Source: Nitrospiraceae bacterium (GTDB taxonomy: Bacteria > Nitrospirota > Thermodesulfovibrionia > UBA6902). From it: 64,000 bases of DNA. The DNA is taken from the NCBI GenBank assembly GCA_003599025.1, contig QZIL01000093.1, positions 24,512 to 88,511 on the forward strand, written 5' to 3'. The notes beneath the pieces are model-generated. The model was not told where the DNA came from and ran no database searches. It worked only from the letters and a program-made list of their open reading frames with translations. Both the position numbers and the translations under genes were made by a program. This document shows, piece after piece, positions 1 to 10,438 of this stretch (position 1 is its first letter; each line of letters opens with the position of its first letter).

Positions 1-225
1 ATAGCAAGGTCAGCTGTAAGCGATCTGTTTTTTGGCAGCCTTCGTCTGTAAATGCGTTCCAGCAGCCTGATATCACTTTTTTTCAGGCCGGATGTATTGC
101 CGTATACTGATGGAATGGTTTGCTCCTTTAATAAAGTAGATAGCAGCTTGCAGTTAGCAGTTAGGGAAGCTGTGTGCCTCAATGATACTCAACTACTGAC
201 TGCCAACTTCTGACTACAGTTTTTT

Positions 226-2883
226 TTAGTGTGCTTCACCCCAGTTCTTTCCAATTCCCATATCAACCTTGAGCGGGACAAGGAGACGTATTGCGTTCTC
301 CATCTCATCTTTCACTAACTTCATGACCGCATCTTTTTCCCCTTCAGGGACTTCAAAGAGCAGTTCATCATGAACCTGAAGGAGCATCCGGGTCCTTAAC
401 CCTTCCTTCCCGAGTCTCCTCCAGATATTAATCATCGATACTTTGATTATATCAGCTGCCGAGCCCTGAACCGGGGAGTTGATTGCGAGCCTTTCGCCGA
501 GCTGCCGGATGTTCCTGTTTGAGCTCTTCAGTTCAGGGATTGCGCGTTTTCTGTTGAACAGGGTTGTTACATAACCTGTTTCTGAGGCATCTTTAATAAG
601 CTTGTCCATATAATTTTTTATGCCGCTATGTCGCGCAAAATAAGTGTCGATATAATAGCGGGCCTCGTCAGCCGGAATACCAAGCTGCTGGCTCAATCCG
701 TACGGGCTTATCCCGTACACGATCCCGAAGTTCACGGTCTTTGCGCTGCGCCTCATCTCTGTGGTAACCGACTCAGGCTTTACCCCGAAAAGTTCGCAGG
801 CCGTCCTTGTATGTATATCTCCATCATGGTTAAATACCTCAATAAATCCCTCGTCCTGACTCAGGTGTGAGAGGACGCGAAGCTCGATCTGGGAATAATC
901 CGATGAAAGAAGCAGATGTCCTTCCTCAGCGATAAACGCTTCGCGGATCTTCTTTCCCCATTCGCCTCTGATGGGGATGTTCTGCAAGTTCGGGTCGGAG
1001 CTGCTGAGCCTTCCGGTTGCTGTTATCGTCTGATTAAATGACGTATGTATCCTTCCGGTTTTATTGTTGACGAGCCTTGGCAGTGCGTCGACGTATGTGC
1101 TTTTCAGTTTCGCCAGCCCCCTGTACTCTATGATCTCCCTGGGCAGTTCGTGTACATTGGCAAGCTGTTCGAGCACGTCGATGTTGGTAGAGTATCCTGT
1201 CTTTGTCTTCTTTGTGGGTCTCAGGCCGAGTTTTTCAAACAGGATCTCCTGGAGCTGTTTGGGTGAATTGATATTGAATTCCTCTCCGGCTATAAAATAT
1301 ATCCTCTGCTCTATGCTCGAAAGTTCCTTCTCCAGTTTATTTGAAAAGGTATCCATTAAGGGCAGGTCGATCTTTACCCCTGCCATTTCCATCTCTGCAA
1401 GCACCTCGATCAGTGGCATCTCAAGGCTCTGAAAAAGATCGGTGAGACCTTCATTTTCCATTAGAGGCAGAAAGCGGTTTTTTAATTTCAGGGTGACCGC
1501 TGCGTCTTCTCCGGAATATGAGGAAGCATCTTCAACCGGGACCTCGCTGAAGTCCTTAACGCCTTTTCCGGCAACTTCGCTGTATGAAAGCTTTTTGATC
1601 CCGAGATGTTCCATGGCTGCATCGGTCAGGTTATGGTTGGATTTATTGGGGTTTAACAGGTACGAAGCGAGCATGGTGTCAAAGGCTATGCCTCTTACAT
1701 GCAGCCCTTCATTTTTCAGTACGATTACATCATACTTGATATTGTGGCCGGTCTTTTTGATCTTCTCATCTTCAAGGATCTCTTTTATCCGGTCAATTAC
1801 AAAGGCCTTGGGCAACTGGACGGGTACTCCAAGGTATGAGTGTCCGACAGGGATGTAATAAGCCCTGGCCGGGTCTGCTGAAAGAGAAATACCTACAAGG
1901 TCCGCATTCATTGGTGAGGGGGACGTTGTTTCGGTATCAATAGTAATCTCGTTTTTAACATCTGCAAGGGCCTCTTCAAGCGTCTTCCGGTCGAAGACAG
2001 TGATAAATTCGGTTGTTTCAGCAGCCGTGGAAGCCTGAGCAGGGACGAGCTTTATCAGGCTGCTGAACCCGTATTTTCTGAAGTGCTCAAGCAGCTTCGG
2101 CCATTCAGGTTCTTTTAAGGCGAGGTTACTGACCGGGACATCAACCGGTACCTCCGGATGTACCGTGGCCAATTCCTTACTGAGCCTGATATTGTCGATG
2201 TTTTCGGACACGGCATTACGGGCCTTGGCATTTTTTATCCTGTCCCGGTTTACGATGAGGTTGTCAAGGGTCTCAAATTCCTTTAAGAGCTTTACGGCTG
2301 TTTTTTCTCCGATACCGCGCGCCCCCGGGATATTATCTGATGAGTCTCCCATGAGCGCGATGATTTCCGGGAATTGGGAAGGCCCGACCCCGAACCGCTC
2401 GATGACGTCCTTCTCGTCTGTTATTTTTTCCTTCATCGTGTCATACAGCTTTATCTTTGGACTCACTACCTGGCACATGTCTTTGTCGCCTGTGACAATG
2501 TATACCTCAAGCCCTTCTCCTTCAGCTTCTCTCGCAATATGGGCAAGTATATCGTCGGCCTCATAACCTGTCAGCTCAATGGTCTGAATTCTGAATGCGT
2601 CTATTATTTCCTTGATAAGGGGCACCTGCGGTTTCAGTTCATCCGGCATCCCGGGACGGTTGGCCTTATATTCCTTGAATGCCTCATGTCTGTGAGTGGG
2701 AGAGGGAGTATCAAAAACAACCGCAAAATAGTCCGGCTTTTTCTCTTTTAAAATCTTCAGGATCATGTTGGTAAAACCAAAGATCGCATTAGTAGGTGTC
2801 CCGTCGGATGAAGTGAGACCTCTTATTGCATAGAAGGCGCGATATAAATACGAGTTTCCGTCTATAAGATACAGTGTTGGCAT
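226..2883 (-). CDS. polA: DNA polymerase I
   Basis: 885 aa; 5'-3' exonuclease N-terminus (YLIDGNSYLYRAFYA), 3'-5' exo and family-A polymerase domain (RRSAKTVNFGIVYG, QVHDELLFE). Confidence 0.95.
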   Translation of the reverse strand: MPTLYLIDGNSYLYRAFYAIRGLTSSDGTPTNAIFGFTNMILKILKEKKPDYFAVVFDTPSPTHRHEAFKEYKANRPGMPDELKPQVPLIKEIIDAFRIQTIELTGYEADDILAHIAREAEGEGLEVYIVTGDKDMCQVVSPKIKLYDTMKEKITDEKDVIERFGVGPSQFPEIIALMGDSSDNIPGARGIGEKTAVKLLKEFETLDNLIVNRDRIKNAKARNAVSENIDNIRLSKELATVHPEVPVDVPVSNLALKEPEWPKLLEHFRKYGFSSLIKLVPAQASTAAETTEFITVFDRKTLEEALADVKNEITIDTETTSPSPMNADLVGISLSADPARAYYIPVGHSYLGVPVQLPKAFVIDRIKEILEDEKIKKTGHNIKYDVIVLKNEGLHVRGIAFDTMLASYLLNPNKSNHNLTDAAMEHLGIKKLSYSEVAGKGVKDFSEVPVEDASSYSGEDAAVTLKLKNRFLPLMENEGLTDLFQSLEMPLIEVLAEMEMAGVKIDLPLMDTFSNKLEKELSSIEQRIYFIAGEEFNINSPKQLQEILFEKLGLRPTKKTKTGYSTNIDVLEQLANVHELPREIIEYRGLAKLKSTYVDALPRLVNNKTGRIHTSFNQTITATGRLSSSDPNLQNIPIRGEWGKKIREAFIAEEGHLLLSSDYSQIELRVLSHLSQDEGFIEVFNHDGDIHTRTACELFGVKPESVTTEMRRSAKTVNFGIVYGISPYGLSQQLGIPADEARYYIDTYFARHSGIKNYMDKLIKDASETGYVTTLFNRKRAIPELKSSNRNIRQLGERLAINSPVQGSAADIIKVSMINIWRRLGKEGLRTRMLLQVHDELLFEVPEGEKDAVMKLVKDEMENAIRLLVPLKVDMGIGKNWGEAH

Positions 2884-2960
2884 AGGCTATTATACACTAA
2901 GAGACTACATGAGCCGTCTTAAAGACAGGTGTTAAATGGAGATGTTATAGCGGTGTTAAA

Positions 2961-3434
2961 TTAACGGCCATATTTAGCGCACATATCTTCCAGAAAAAGC
3001 TGAAGTTCGTCCGGTTGTAACAGTTCCTGAGGCAGTGTTGCTCCGAGGATAATGGCTTTGTCGATTTTTTTCAGGAGATTTATGACGCTATAGCTGATTA
3101 TCTGGTCCGGGAGGGAGGCCGGTACATTTTTTATCAGCATATGCTCTGTGGACCAGCTGTCTTTCGGCGGGATCACTGCTGCACATTCATTGCCTCGAAG
3201 TGTTTCTGGCGTTGCTCCATGCTCCAGTGCAAGGGCCCTGACGTCGAGATTTACAAGCTGCAGCCCTCGTATGGCAGGGTTTGACATTGGACGGTGCCGC
3301 CCCTTTGTGATAGGGAGAAAACGGTCTATGTTTATTCCCGAACAGTAAAGATAGGAACTGCCACCGCTGGTGATGGGCTTTAATATGAAATATAGAAAAT
3401 CATTTATATATTCACATGGTCTACTGTCACTCAT
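2961..3434 (-). CDS. hypothetical protein
   Basis: 157-aa ORF between polA and the ytxH-like gene; no family recognised confidently. Confidence 0.4.
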   Translation of the reverse strand: MSDSRPCEYINDFLYFILKPITSGGSSYLYCSGINIDRFLPITKGRHRPMSNPAIRGLQLVNLDVRALALEHGATPETLRGNECAAVIPPKDSWSTEHMLIKNVPASLPDQIISYSVINLLKKIDKAIILGATLPQELLQPDELQLFLEDMCAKYGR

Positions 3435-3512
3435 GGGCGGCTGTTCTGACGCAAGTCTGTCTGGATGAGACTTATCATCTTTTGCACGATATCAGTCTGT
3501 TGATGCCCTATG

Positions 3513-3830
3513 CTAAGATGAATGAGTGTGCTTCTCTTTTTCTTTAGTGTATGCGTCCTTGCCGGCTTCGATGGCAGAGGAGATCAATGATTTCTTCTCT
3601 GATATAAATTCCTTGCCGTGCTCAACAGCAGATGATAGTTTTTCCTTTGCATGTTCTGTATATTCTGAAGCCTTCTTTCTCGATTCGTCACTAAATTCCC
3701 TTATTCTTTCTCTGGTTTCGCGTCCTGAGCGTGGAGCGGTAAGCAAAGCTATACCTGCACCTACGAGACCGCCTAAAACAAATGCAAGAACGACATGGCC
3801 TGAAGCTGAACATCCTCTTTCGTCACTCAT
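3513..3830 (-). CDS. YtxH domain-containing protein
   Basis: 105 aa; N-terminal TM helix (VLAFVLGGLVGAGIALLTAP) followed by a charged Lys/Glu-rich helix, typical YtxH. Confidence 0.6.
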   Translation of the reverse strand: MSDERGCSASGHVVLAFVLGGLVGAGIALLTAPRSGRETRERIREFSDESRKKASEYTEHAKEKLSSAVEHGKEFISEKKSLISSAIEAGKDAYTKEKEKHTHSS

Positions 3831-4222
3831 TTTTCAATCTCCTTTTTTGTAATGCCCTGGGTTAAGACACTCAGAGCGGTTTTTATGCCTGCACCAAAAC
3901 TGCTTATCGTCCCTGATATAAATCTGCTTGTCTGCTTTAACAGAATATTTATTTCATCAATGATAATCCCTGTTTCTCCTACTGCATTAGTAAGGTTTCG
4001 GACACTGCTGATTGATTCATCCAGCTTTTCTGCAACCTGATTTGTCTTCTCAACTGTTTCCTGAAGTTGTATTAAAAGCGGATTCAGCGTTGAATGAGTG
4101 TTCTTCAGGAAGTCTTCAGCAACCTTTGCAGTTCTCTTTATCTGCAGAATAGTGGGAATCAAAAATGCTACTAATATTATAAATGCCCCGGCAATAATCC
4201 CCCAGAAAAACTGAGTGTCCAT
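3827..4222 (-). CDS. DUF948 (YtxG-like) membrane protein
   Basis: 131 aa; N-terminal TM then coiled-coil; overlaps the downstream ytxH-like gene by 4 nt, a usual pairing. Confidence 0.55.
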   Translation of the reverse strand: MDTQFFWGIIAGAFIILVAFLIPTILQIKRTAKVAEDFLKNTHSTLNPLLIQLQETVEKTNQVAEKLDESISSVRNLTNAVGETGIIIDEINILLKQTSRFISGTISSFGAGIKTALSVLTQGITKKEIEK

Positions 4223-4433
4223 AATTGCTCCTTTATAAAAAATATATCATTAAATAAGGTGGTTTGCAAACAAACAATATGATACATGATTAAGGAGCAG
4301 CATGCAATTAATATTATTGAATTGAGTATTATTAAATTACTGAATAAAGAAATTGGCAGTATAATCTATTAAAATCAAATAGATGAAGAAATGTGCGCTC
4401 ATAAGGTCATTAAAGACTATTTTCCATCAGAGG

Positions 4434-5636
4434 CTACCATACCCTGCATAAAAGCCCTTTTAAATAGCTACCTTCCGGGAAGTTCAGAGATGTAGGGTGG
4501 TCGGTGGCCTGGTGAAGCCATCGGATGATTTGTGACTCACGGCCTGCATCCAGAGCGGCATCAGCAACAATTTTTTGAAAAAGATCTTTATCCACAAGCC
4601 CGGAACATGAAAATGTAAACAGGATGCCTCCTGGTCTGAGCAGTTTAATTGCAAGTAAATTTATATCTTTGTATCCACGACATGCACGCATCAACTGGCC
4701 CCTTGAAGCAGCAAATTTGGGGGGATCCAGAATGATGGAGTCAAACCTCCGGTTAGAATCTCGATACTGTCGCATTACAGTGAATACATCACCCTCCATG
4801 TTTATAACCTTTGCATCATCAAGACCATTCAGGATGATGTTCTGAAGGCCAATCTTCAGAGCGTCCGCTGATGAATCGATATTTGTTATACCGGCTGAGC
4901 CTCCCTTTAATGCGGCCACAGCAAAGCCACCTGTATAAGAGAAGCAGTTCAATATCTCAGAGTTACCAGCATATTCAGTTACAATGGTACGGTTGTCCCT
5001 CTGGTCCAGATAAAACCCTGTCTTGTGTCCATATCTGATGTCGACCAGGAAACGGTTTAGTCCCTCCCGGATTTCAACAAGTTCGGGTGGTTCCTGGCCG
5101 CAGAGTAATCCTGTATGTTCCGGAAGCCCTTCTTTCTCACGGGCATTGACATCGGAACGTTCATATATTCCCTTATTAGGTATCAATGCTGATAATTGTC
5201 CTACGATGGTCTGTTTCCAGTATTCAGCACCTGCAGACAGGAACTGACAGACGAGAAAATCACTATATTGGTCTACAATAAGACCAGGCAAGAAGTCTGA
5301 TTCACTGTTTACCAGGCGACATGCATTTGTGGCATATTTTTCCAGAAGATGTAATCTGGATTTTACAGCCCGCTGAAGGCGGGAACGGAACAGGGAAGGG
5401 GAGACTTCTTCATCTCTGTCAAAAGTCCAGATCCGGACCGTAATCTGTGAATGTGGAGAAAAAGCACCGCTACCGCACCATTTACCATCTGAGGCAACTA
5501 TGTCGACGGTTTCTCCTGGCTGAGGTGAACCATGAATTTTTGCAATGGCCCCTGAAAATACCCACGGATGCCGGCGAAGCAGCGATTTTTCACGTTGGGG
5601 TTTGAGGACAACTGATATCATATGTTTTCGAGTCAA
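4434..5636 (-). CDS. rlmI: 23S rRNA (cytosine1962-C5)-methyltransferase RlmI-like, class I SAM MTase
   Basis: 400 aa; PUA-like N-terminus, SAM motif (LNCFSYTGGFAVAA) and DPPKF motif. Confidence 0.8.
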   Translation of the reverse strand: MTRKHMISVVLKPQREKSLLRRHPWVFSGAIAKIHGSPQPGETVDIVASDGKWCGSGAFSPHSQITVRIWTFDRDEEVSPSLFRSRLQRAVKSRLHLLEKYATNACRLVNSESDFLPGLIVDQYSDFLVCQFLSAGAEYWKQTIVGQLSALIPNKGIYERSDVNAREKEGLPEHTGLLCGQEPPELVEIREGLNRFLVDIRYGHKTGFYLDQRDNRTIVTEYAGNSEILNCFSYTGGFAVAALKGGSAGITNIDSSADALKIGLQNIILNGLDDAKVINMEGDVFTVMRQYRDSNRRFDSIILDPPKFAASRGQLMRACRGYKDINLLAIKLLRPGGILFTFSCSGLVDKDLFQKIVADAALDAGRESQIIRWLHQATDHPTSLNFPEGSYLKGLLCRVW

Positions 5637-5886
5637 TATTTTATTTGTTTCACTATAGTTCGATCCAGGGTATATGCCTGCCCTTATGATGTTTCTTGCC
5701 TGAATTTAAGAGAACATGACATGCAACTTATCTAAATAAAAAGTTGCGGGTGAATTTGAGAACACTAATCTTAATATTAAGATAAAAGCTAAAAAGAATT
5801 TTAAGTATATCAAAAATGAAAATTATTTTATGCCTTTATTTATTTATTGAGTTATGCATAATAGTTGCAGCCTTTTCTAATAAAAA

Positions 5887-6282
5887 ATGTTTCAGGAGAC
5901 AGACCGTAATAACGTGTTTATAAGAAAAGAAATTTATGTAATTTATATTATTATGTTGGGCATATTAAATCTTTTCGGATGTGGCATCGAAAAAGATGGT
6001 GGCAGTTCAGCGTCTTCCACCGGAACCGAGGGCGGGTCTGTAACTCTTTCATGGCAAGCCCCGGCAACTGATGAAAATGGATCAGCTTTGAATAATTTAG
6101 CCGGATATAAAATATATTACGGGATGTCTTCCAACAATTATACTCGCTCAATAGATGTTGGTAGTTCTACGAGTATTGTCATTAGTAACCTGTCTCAAGG
6201 GAAATGGTGCTTTGCTGTCACTGCTTATAATGCATCAGGTTTTGAAAGTAAATATTCTAATGAGATGTGTAAAACCATATAA
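5887..6282 (+). CDS. fibronectin type III-like lipoprotein
   Basis: signal peptide with lipobox LFGC; the C-terminal roughly 80 aa (VTLSWQAPA...LAGYKIYYG...WCFAVTAYNASG) is Fn3-like and paralogous to the next gene. Confidence 0.55.
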   Translation: MFQETDRNNVFIRKEIYVIYIIMLGILNLFGCGIEKDGGSSASSTGTEGGSVTLSWQAPATDENGSALNNLAGYKIYYGMSSNNYTRSIDVGSSTSIVISNLSQGKWCFAVTAYNASGFESKYSNEMCKTI

Positions 6283-6599
6283 TTAAATTCTCTCTAAGTC
6301 GACATTTATATATATCATCAAAGTCATCTTCTTAATTCCACATTGAAGATATATGTTCCTCTATGTCTTCTCATCTTAAATTTACTGAAAAACGTTCTGT
6401 AGAAATAATGTTGATGGACAATAAGGAATTATATCCAGATAAATCCGGGAATAGTATGCCGTAATTCTATTGGTAGTTTAAAGAGGGATATTATCACAGC
6501 AATAAGCCGTAACCTGTTTTGTGTTTTTTATTGCACATTTCAAGAGGTGAATCTGTTGGAAATGTACTAAATGTAATTTGAGTGACCTGAATCACATCT

Positions 6600-7118
6600 T
6601 TGATTCTTGATTCCTTTTACCATAAGATCGTGAGGACAAGAAAAAAAGACAGCATTTTTAAGAGGCCCTTTTTAATAACGATCCTTCTTTTTTTAACACT
6701 TTGGGGATGCGGCAGCGGAGGTGGTGGCAGCAGAAGCGGTGCCAGTGAATTTGTAGGGAGTGGGAGTAGCGGAAGCGGGGGGAGTGAATTTGGAGATAAT
6801 GGGAGTGGCGGCAACAGTCAAGACGGAGATGCTGAAGGAAGCGACCCTGGTACCGGCCCGACCCCGGACAATTCTGTAACGCTTGTGTGGGATAACCCTG
6901 ATGGAAACAGCGACGGCTCTGACTTAAATGATTTGGCTGGATATAAAATTTATTATGGTACATCTTCAGGAAACTATACACAATCGATAGATGTTGGAAA
7001 TATAACTAGTGCTGCGATCAGCAATTTGTCCTCAGGGACCTGGTGTTTTGCTACAACTGCCTATGACACATCCGGGAATGAAAGCGATTATTCAAATGAA
7101 GCATGTAAAACAATATAA
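6600..7118 (+). CDS. fibronectin type III-like lipoprotein (paralog, Gly/Ser-rich linker)
   Basis: TTG start; lipobox LTLWGC; G/S-rich linker; C-terminus about 60% identical to the 5887..6282 product. Confidence 0.55.
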   Translation: MILDSFYHKIVRTRKKDSIFKRPFLITILLFLTLWGCGSGGGGSRSGASEFVGSGSSGSGGSEFGDNGSGGNSQDGDAEGSDPGTGPTPDNSVTLVWDNPDGNSDGSDLNDLAGYKIYYGTSSGNYTQSIDVGNITSAAISNLSSGTWCFATTAYDTSGNESDYSNEACKTI

Positions 7119-7153
7119 GAAATTAAATCAGCGCTGATGTTATCTTCTGTCTT

Positions 7154-8605
7154 TTAATAACTGCTTTTTCTATCTTCGTGATATTCCTTTTCTTCGTTTA
7201 CACTCCATAAGTCATGATTGGCACCGTGAATGTTTTCGACTGCCAGCATGGCAGTTAACATGGAGTGGTCCTGATTATTATATCTGTGTAATCCATTTCG
7301 ACCTGCGAGTTGAAGGTTTTTGATCCCTTTTAAATATTGCTGAATAATATTAAGCATTTCCCTGTACTTTGAATCATAAGCCGGGTATGCCTTTGGCATA
7401 CGCACAACGCTTCCGTCTTCTACGTAAGACGACTTGACGAGCCCTATTGCTTCCAGCTCTTTTTTACCAAGCTCTATTAAAGCCTCGTCCGTCATATTCC
7501 AGAGATCATCTCCTTCGAAACAGAAGTACTCAAGTCCAAGGCAAGATTTATTCTGGTCAGCTACCATATCAGGACTCCAGTTCTTAAAGTTCTGGACTCT
7601 ACCGAGCCTGACGAGAGGATCATGAATGTATATCCAGTTGTCAGGGAACAGATCGGGATGGTTAACAATCAATGCAACTGTAAGAAAGTCTCTATAATTG
7701 AGATTGTTTGCAGCTTCAAGTACTTCGCCGGGAACAGTGGGCTGTAATTTCTGTATCAGCTCCCGGATAGGCATAGTGCTTATGAACTCCTTGCCATGAA
7801 ACAGTGTTTTTTGTCCATTTGCCCGGACTTCTATTGCATCTACTCTATTCTTTTTACTGTCCCATACAATACTCTCGACTTCACTGCCGAGATGGACATT
7901 AGAGCCATTTTTCTGAATTATATTTGATACTGTTTGCCACATCATGCCAGGTCCCAGTTTAGGATAATCAAAAGAATTGATCAGTGTCTTGGCAATATGC
8001 CCGTTGTTTTTTTTATGTGGTTTTATAAGAGCATTTTTTAAGGCACTTTTCAGCGATAGCCCCTTTATACGCTGAGCTGCCCATTCAGCCCTTATTTCAT
8101 TGCATGGTAAGCCCCAGACTTTTTCTGTATAAGATTTGAAAAAAATATTGTACAGACGTTTCCCAAATCGATTTGTTACCCACTGCTCGAATGTCTCCTC
8201 GTTTTTATAGGGGAAGATGTGAGCATGTATATAACTTAATACGATCATAGAGCTGTTCCAGATACCAAGCCCTGATAATGCATTAAATAAGCGAATAGGA
8301 TAATAAAAAAATTTCTTGTTGTAGTATATCCTTGACAATCTATTGCGATGAAGAAAGTCTTCCTGAAGCACTTCCTGCCACATATGCTTTGCATCATCTA
8401 TTTTAGTGAAAAAACGATGGCCTCCAATATCAAACAGATAATTTTTGTAATTAACAGTTTTTGCTATTCCACCGACAAGATAGTCTTTTTCCAGGACAAT
8501 GGATTTCCTGCCCAGCTTGCATAATTGATATGCTGCAGTGAGTCCTGCCGGGCCGGCGCCAATTATAATGACTTCACCGTTTTGGTCTTTAGAATAAGTA
8601 TTCAT
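7154..8605 (-). CDS. FAD/NAD(P)-dependent oxidoreductase (amine oxidase/UGM-like superfamily)
   Basis: 483 aa; N-terminal dinucleotide fold (IIGAGPAGLTAAYQL...LEKDYLVGG). Confidence 0.7.
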   Translation of the reverse strand: MNTYSKDQNGEVIIIGAGPAGLTAAYQLCKLGRKSIVLEKDYLVGGIAKTVNYKNYLFDIGGHRFFTKIDDAKHMWQEVLQEDFLHRNRLSRIYYNKKFFYYPIRLFNALSGLGIWNSSMIVLSYIHAHIFPYKNEETFEQWVTNRFGKRLYNIFFKSYTEKVWGLPCNEIRAEWAAQRIKGLSLKSALKNALIKPHKKNNGHIAKTLINSFDYPKLGPGMMWQTVSNIIQKNGSNVHLGSEVESIVWDSKKNRVDAIEVRANGQKTLFHGKEFISTMPIRELIQKLQPTVPGEVLEAANNLNYRDFLTVALIVNHPDLFPDNWIYIHDPLVRLGRVQNFKNWSPDMVADQNKSCLGLEYFCFEGDDLWNMTDEALIELGKKELEAIGLVKSSYVEDGSVVRMPKAYPAYDSKYREMLNIIQQYLKGIKNLQLAGRNGLHRYNNQDHSMLTAMLAVENIHGANHDLWSVNEEKEYHEDRKSSY

Positions 8606-8810
8606 GCTATATACTGGATATTAGAAAAAGTAGACTGAGACATACGAGTAACTGCACATGATACCTTATCATCCTAACTTAATAATATCATTGATATTTA
8701 ATTGAACTGGTTATATCTTATACGAATAAAAAAAATTCAGCAGAAATTGGTGAGTTTATCAGATCGAATGATGATGGTTTATTGCTAATGACTGCCGATC
8801 ATATCCCTGC

Positions 8811-9998
8811 TTATATTTTCTTTAATTTATTATTAACATTGCTTAAAATATTTTTTAATGACTCAGCCTGCTCAGCCAGAGACCTGTCGCTTACAGCATC
8901 ATGATTGTCAGGTGTATTTTCTTCACTTGAGGTGGTCTTTTTTTCGAGGGAGGTCACTCGTTCTGAAAGAGCATTTAACTGATTGTCCGAATCAATGTTT
9001 TTAATCTCTGATACTTCAGATTCTAACTGTGTGAATCTTTCTGATAAAGCAGTAAGTTCTACGATACTCTTCTTGACAGTTTCCTCAAGTTCGATGATCC
9101 TGATTGCGATATCTCCAGTCAATGCCCTGTACTCATGCTCTCCATCTTTACTTTTTTCTGCGGACAGATTGTCCTCAGAAATATGTGAATAAATACGTGA
9201 TTCAAGATCTTTTATTACTTCCCTGACAATATCAGTGCTGACCTCTTTTTTCCCTTCGACAAAGGTGGCCAGCAGCGCAAAATCGCATAATATATTGATA
9301 AGTCGCGGGATGCCTCTGCTGAACCTGTAAATCAGTTCTGACATGTCACCCTGAAACCTGATGACACTTGTGTTGCCTGCGATAGTAAGACGATGAGTGA
9401 TATATTTAATAGTTTCGTCGATTGTCAGTGGACTGATATGGTAGTTAATATTAATACGCTGACGTAACTGCATCATTTCCTGGAGCATAAGCGTCTTATT
9501 CAACTCGGGCTGCCCTACCAGTATTATTTGAAGCAGCTTCGCCCTGTCTGTTTCAAGATTTGAAAGTAACCTTATCTCTTCCAATAAGTTTGGGGAAAGA
9601 TTTTGTGCTTCATCAATGAGTAAAATCGGCTGTGTCTTCTTGGCATACTGATCTATAAGAAAGTCATTTAACTCGCTCAATAATTTGGTTTTACTTTTTC
9701 CTTCAACATCCAGACCGAAGTCTTCATTTATCATGGATATGAGCTGTTGAGAAGATACCTTGGTATTGTTAATTCTGGAAAGTTTGACTGAACTGCTGAG
9801 ATTCTTTATGAAATTCCGGATTATTGTGGTCTTGCCTGAACCTATCTCCCCTGTGATAAGAATAAATCCGACTTTCTCTTTTATTCCATACTCAAGATAG
9901 GTGATTGCTTTCTTGTGCGTGCTGCTCTGGAAAAGAAAATCGGGATTAGGTAATAATTCAAATGGCTTACACCTGAATGAAAAATGTTGTTCGTACAT
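8811..9998 (-). CDS. ExeA-like AAA ATPase, PEP-CTERM locus secretion ATPase subfamily
   Basis: 395 aa; Walker A (GEIGSGKTT), Walker B (LLIDEAQNL), C-terminal coiled coil; adjacent to PEP-CTERM-associated genes. Confidence 0.7.
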   Translation of the reverse strand: MYEQHFSFRCKPFELLPNPDFLFQSSTHKKAITYLEYGIKEKVGFILITGEIGSGKTTIIRNFIKNLSSSVKLSRINNTKVSSQQLISMINEDFGLDVEGKSKTKLLSELNDFLIDQYAKKTQPILLIDEAQNLSPNLLEEIRLLSNLETDRAKLLQIILVGQPELNKTLMLQEMMQLRQRININYHISPLTIDETIKYITHRLTIAGNTSVIRFQGDMSELIYRFSRGIPRLINILCDFALLATFVEGKKEVSTDIVREVIKDLESRIYSHISEDNLSAEKSKDGEHEYRALTGDIAIRIIELEETVKKSIVELTALSERFTQLESEVSEIKNIDSDNQLNALSERVTSLEKKTTSSEENTPDNHDAVSDRSLAEQAESLKNILSNVNNKLKKI

Positions 9999-10438
9999 AT
10001 TAACAACCTGGAAAACTGCCTTTGAAGGCAGTGAAATAGTCTTAATAAAATTTATCTGTTATTGTGTTACAGTCGTTACCGTTGTTGCCTCAGGTCAGGC
10101 ACGAAATAATGTGCCTGTCCAGATTTGTATGGTCCTGTGTTCTATGCCATACATATAAGCATATTCTATTTGGTATCTATAATAATAGCCGGTACTGAAC
10201 TCCGTCAAGACTTCTCGCATATTCAATAAGTAAGCCTTTTACGGTGTCTTGTCATAATAGGTGCGGTGGTGAGCATACTAAATCCGGGAAGCTGGTATAT
10301 CCACGCAGGGAAGATAAGAAATAAACGTATCCTGGTTATTCTCATAAAGGTGTGATTCCTGCATCAGATAAATTATATTGCCCCATTAAAACAGACAGGT
10401 ATAAGCAGGCAATAATTTCAACCGGTGATGGGATTTGA

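Noticed and set aside
628-2751. Several 70-140-aa plus-strand ORFs overlapping polA
   Set aside because: They are antisense to a high-confidence polA CDS, with low-complexity translations.
6617-6814. Proline-rich 65-aa ORF on the minus strand
   Set aside because: It is the antisense reading of the GGC/GGT-rich Gly-linker codons of the Fn3 lipoprotein gene, a compositional artefact.
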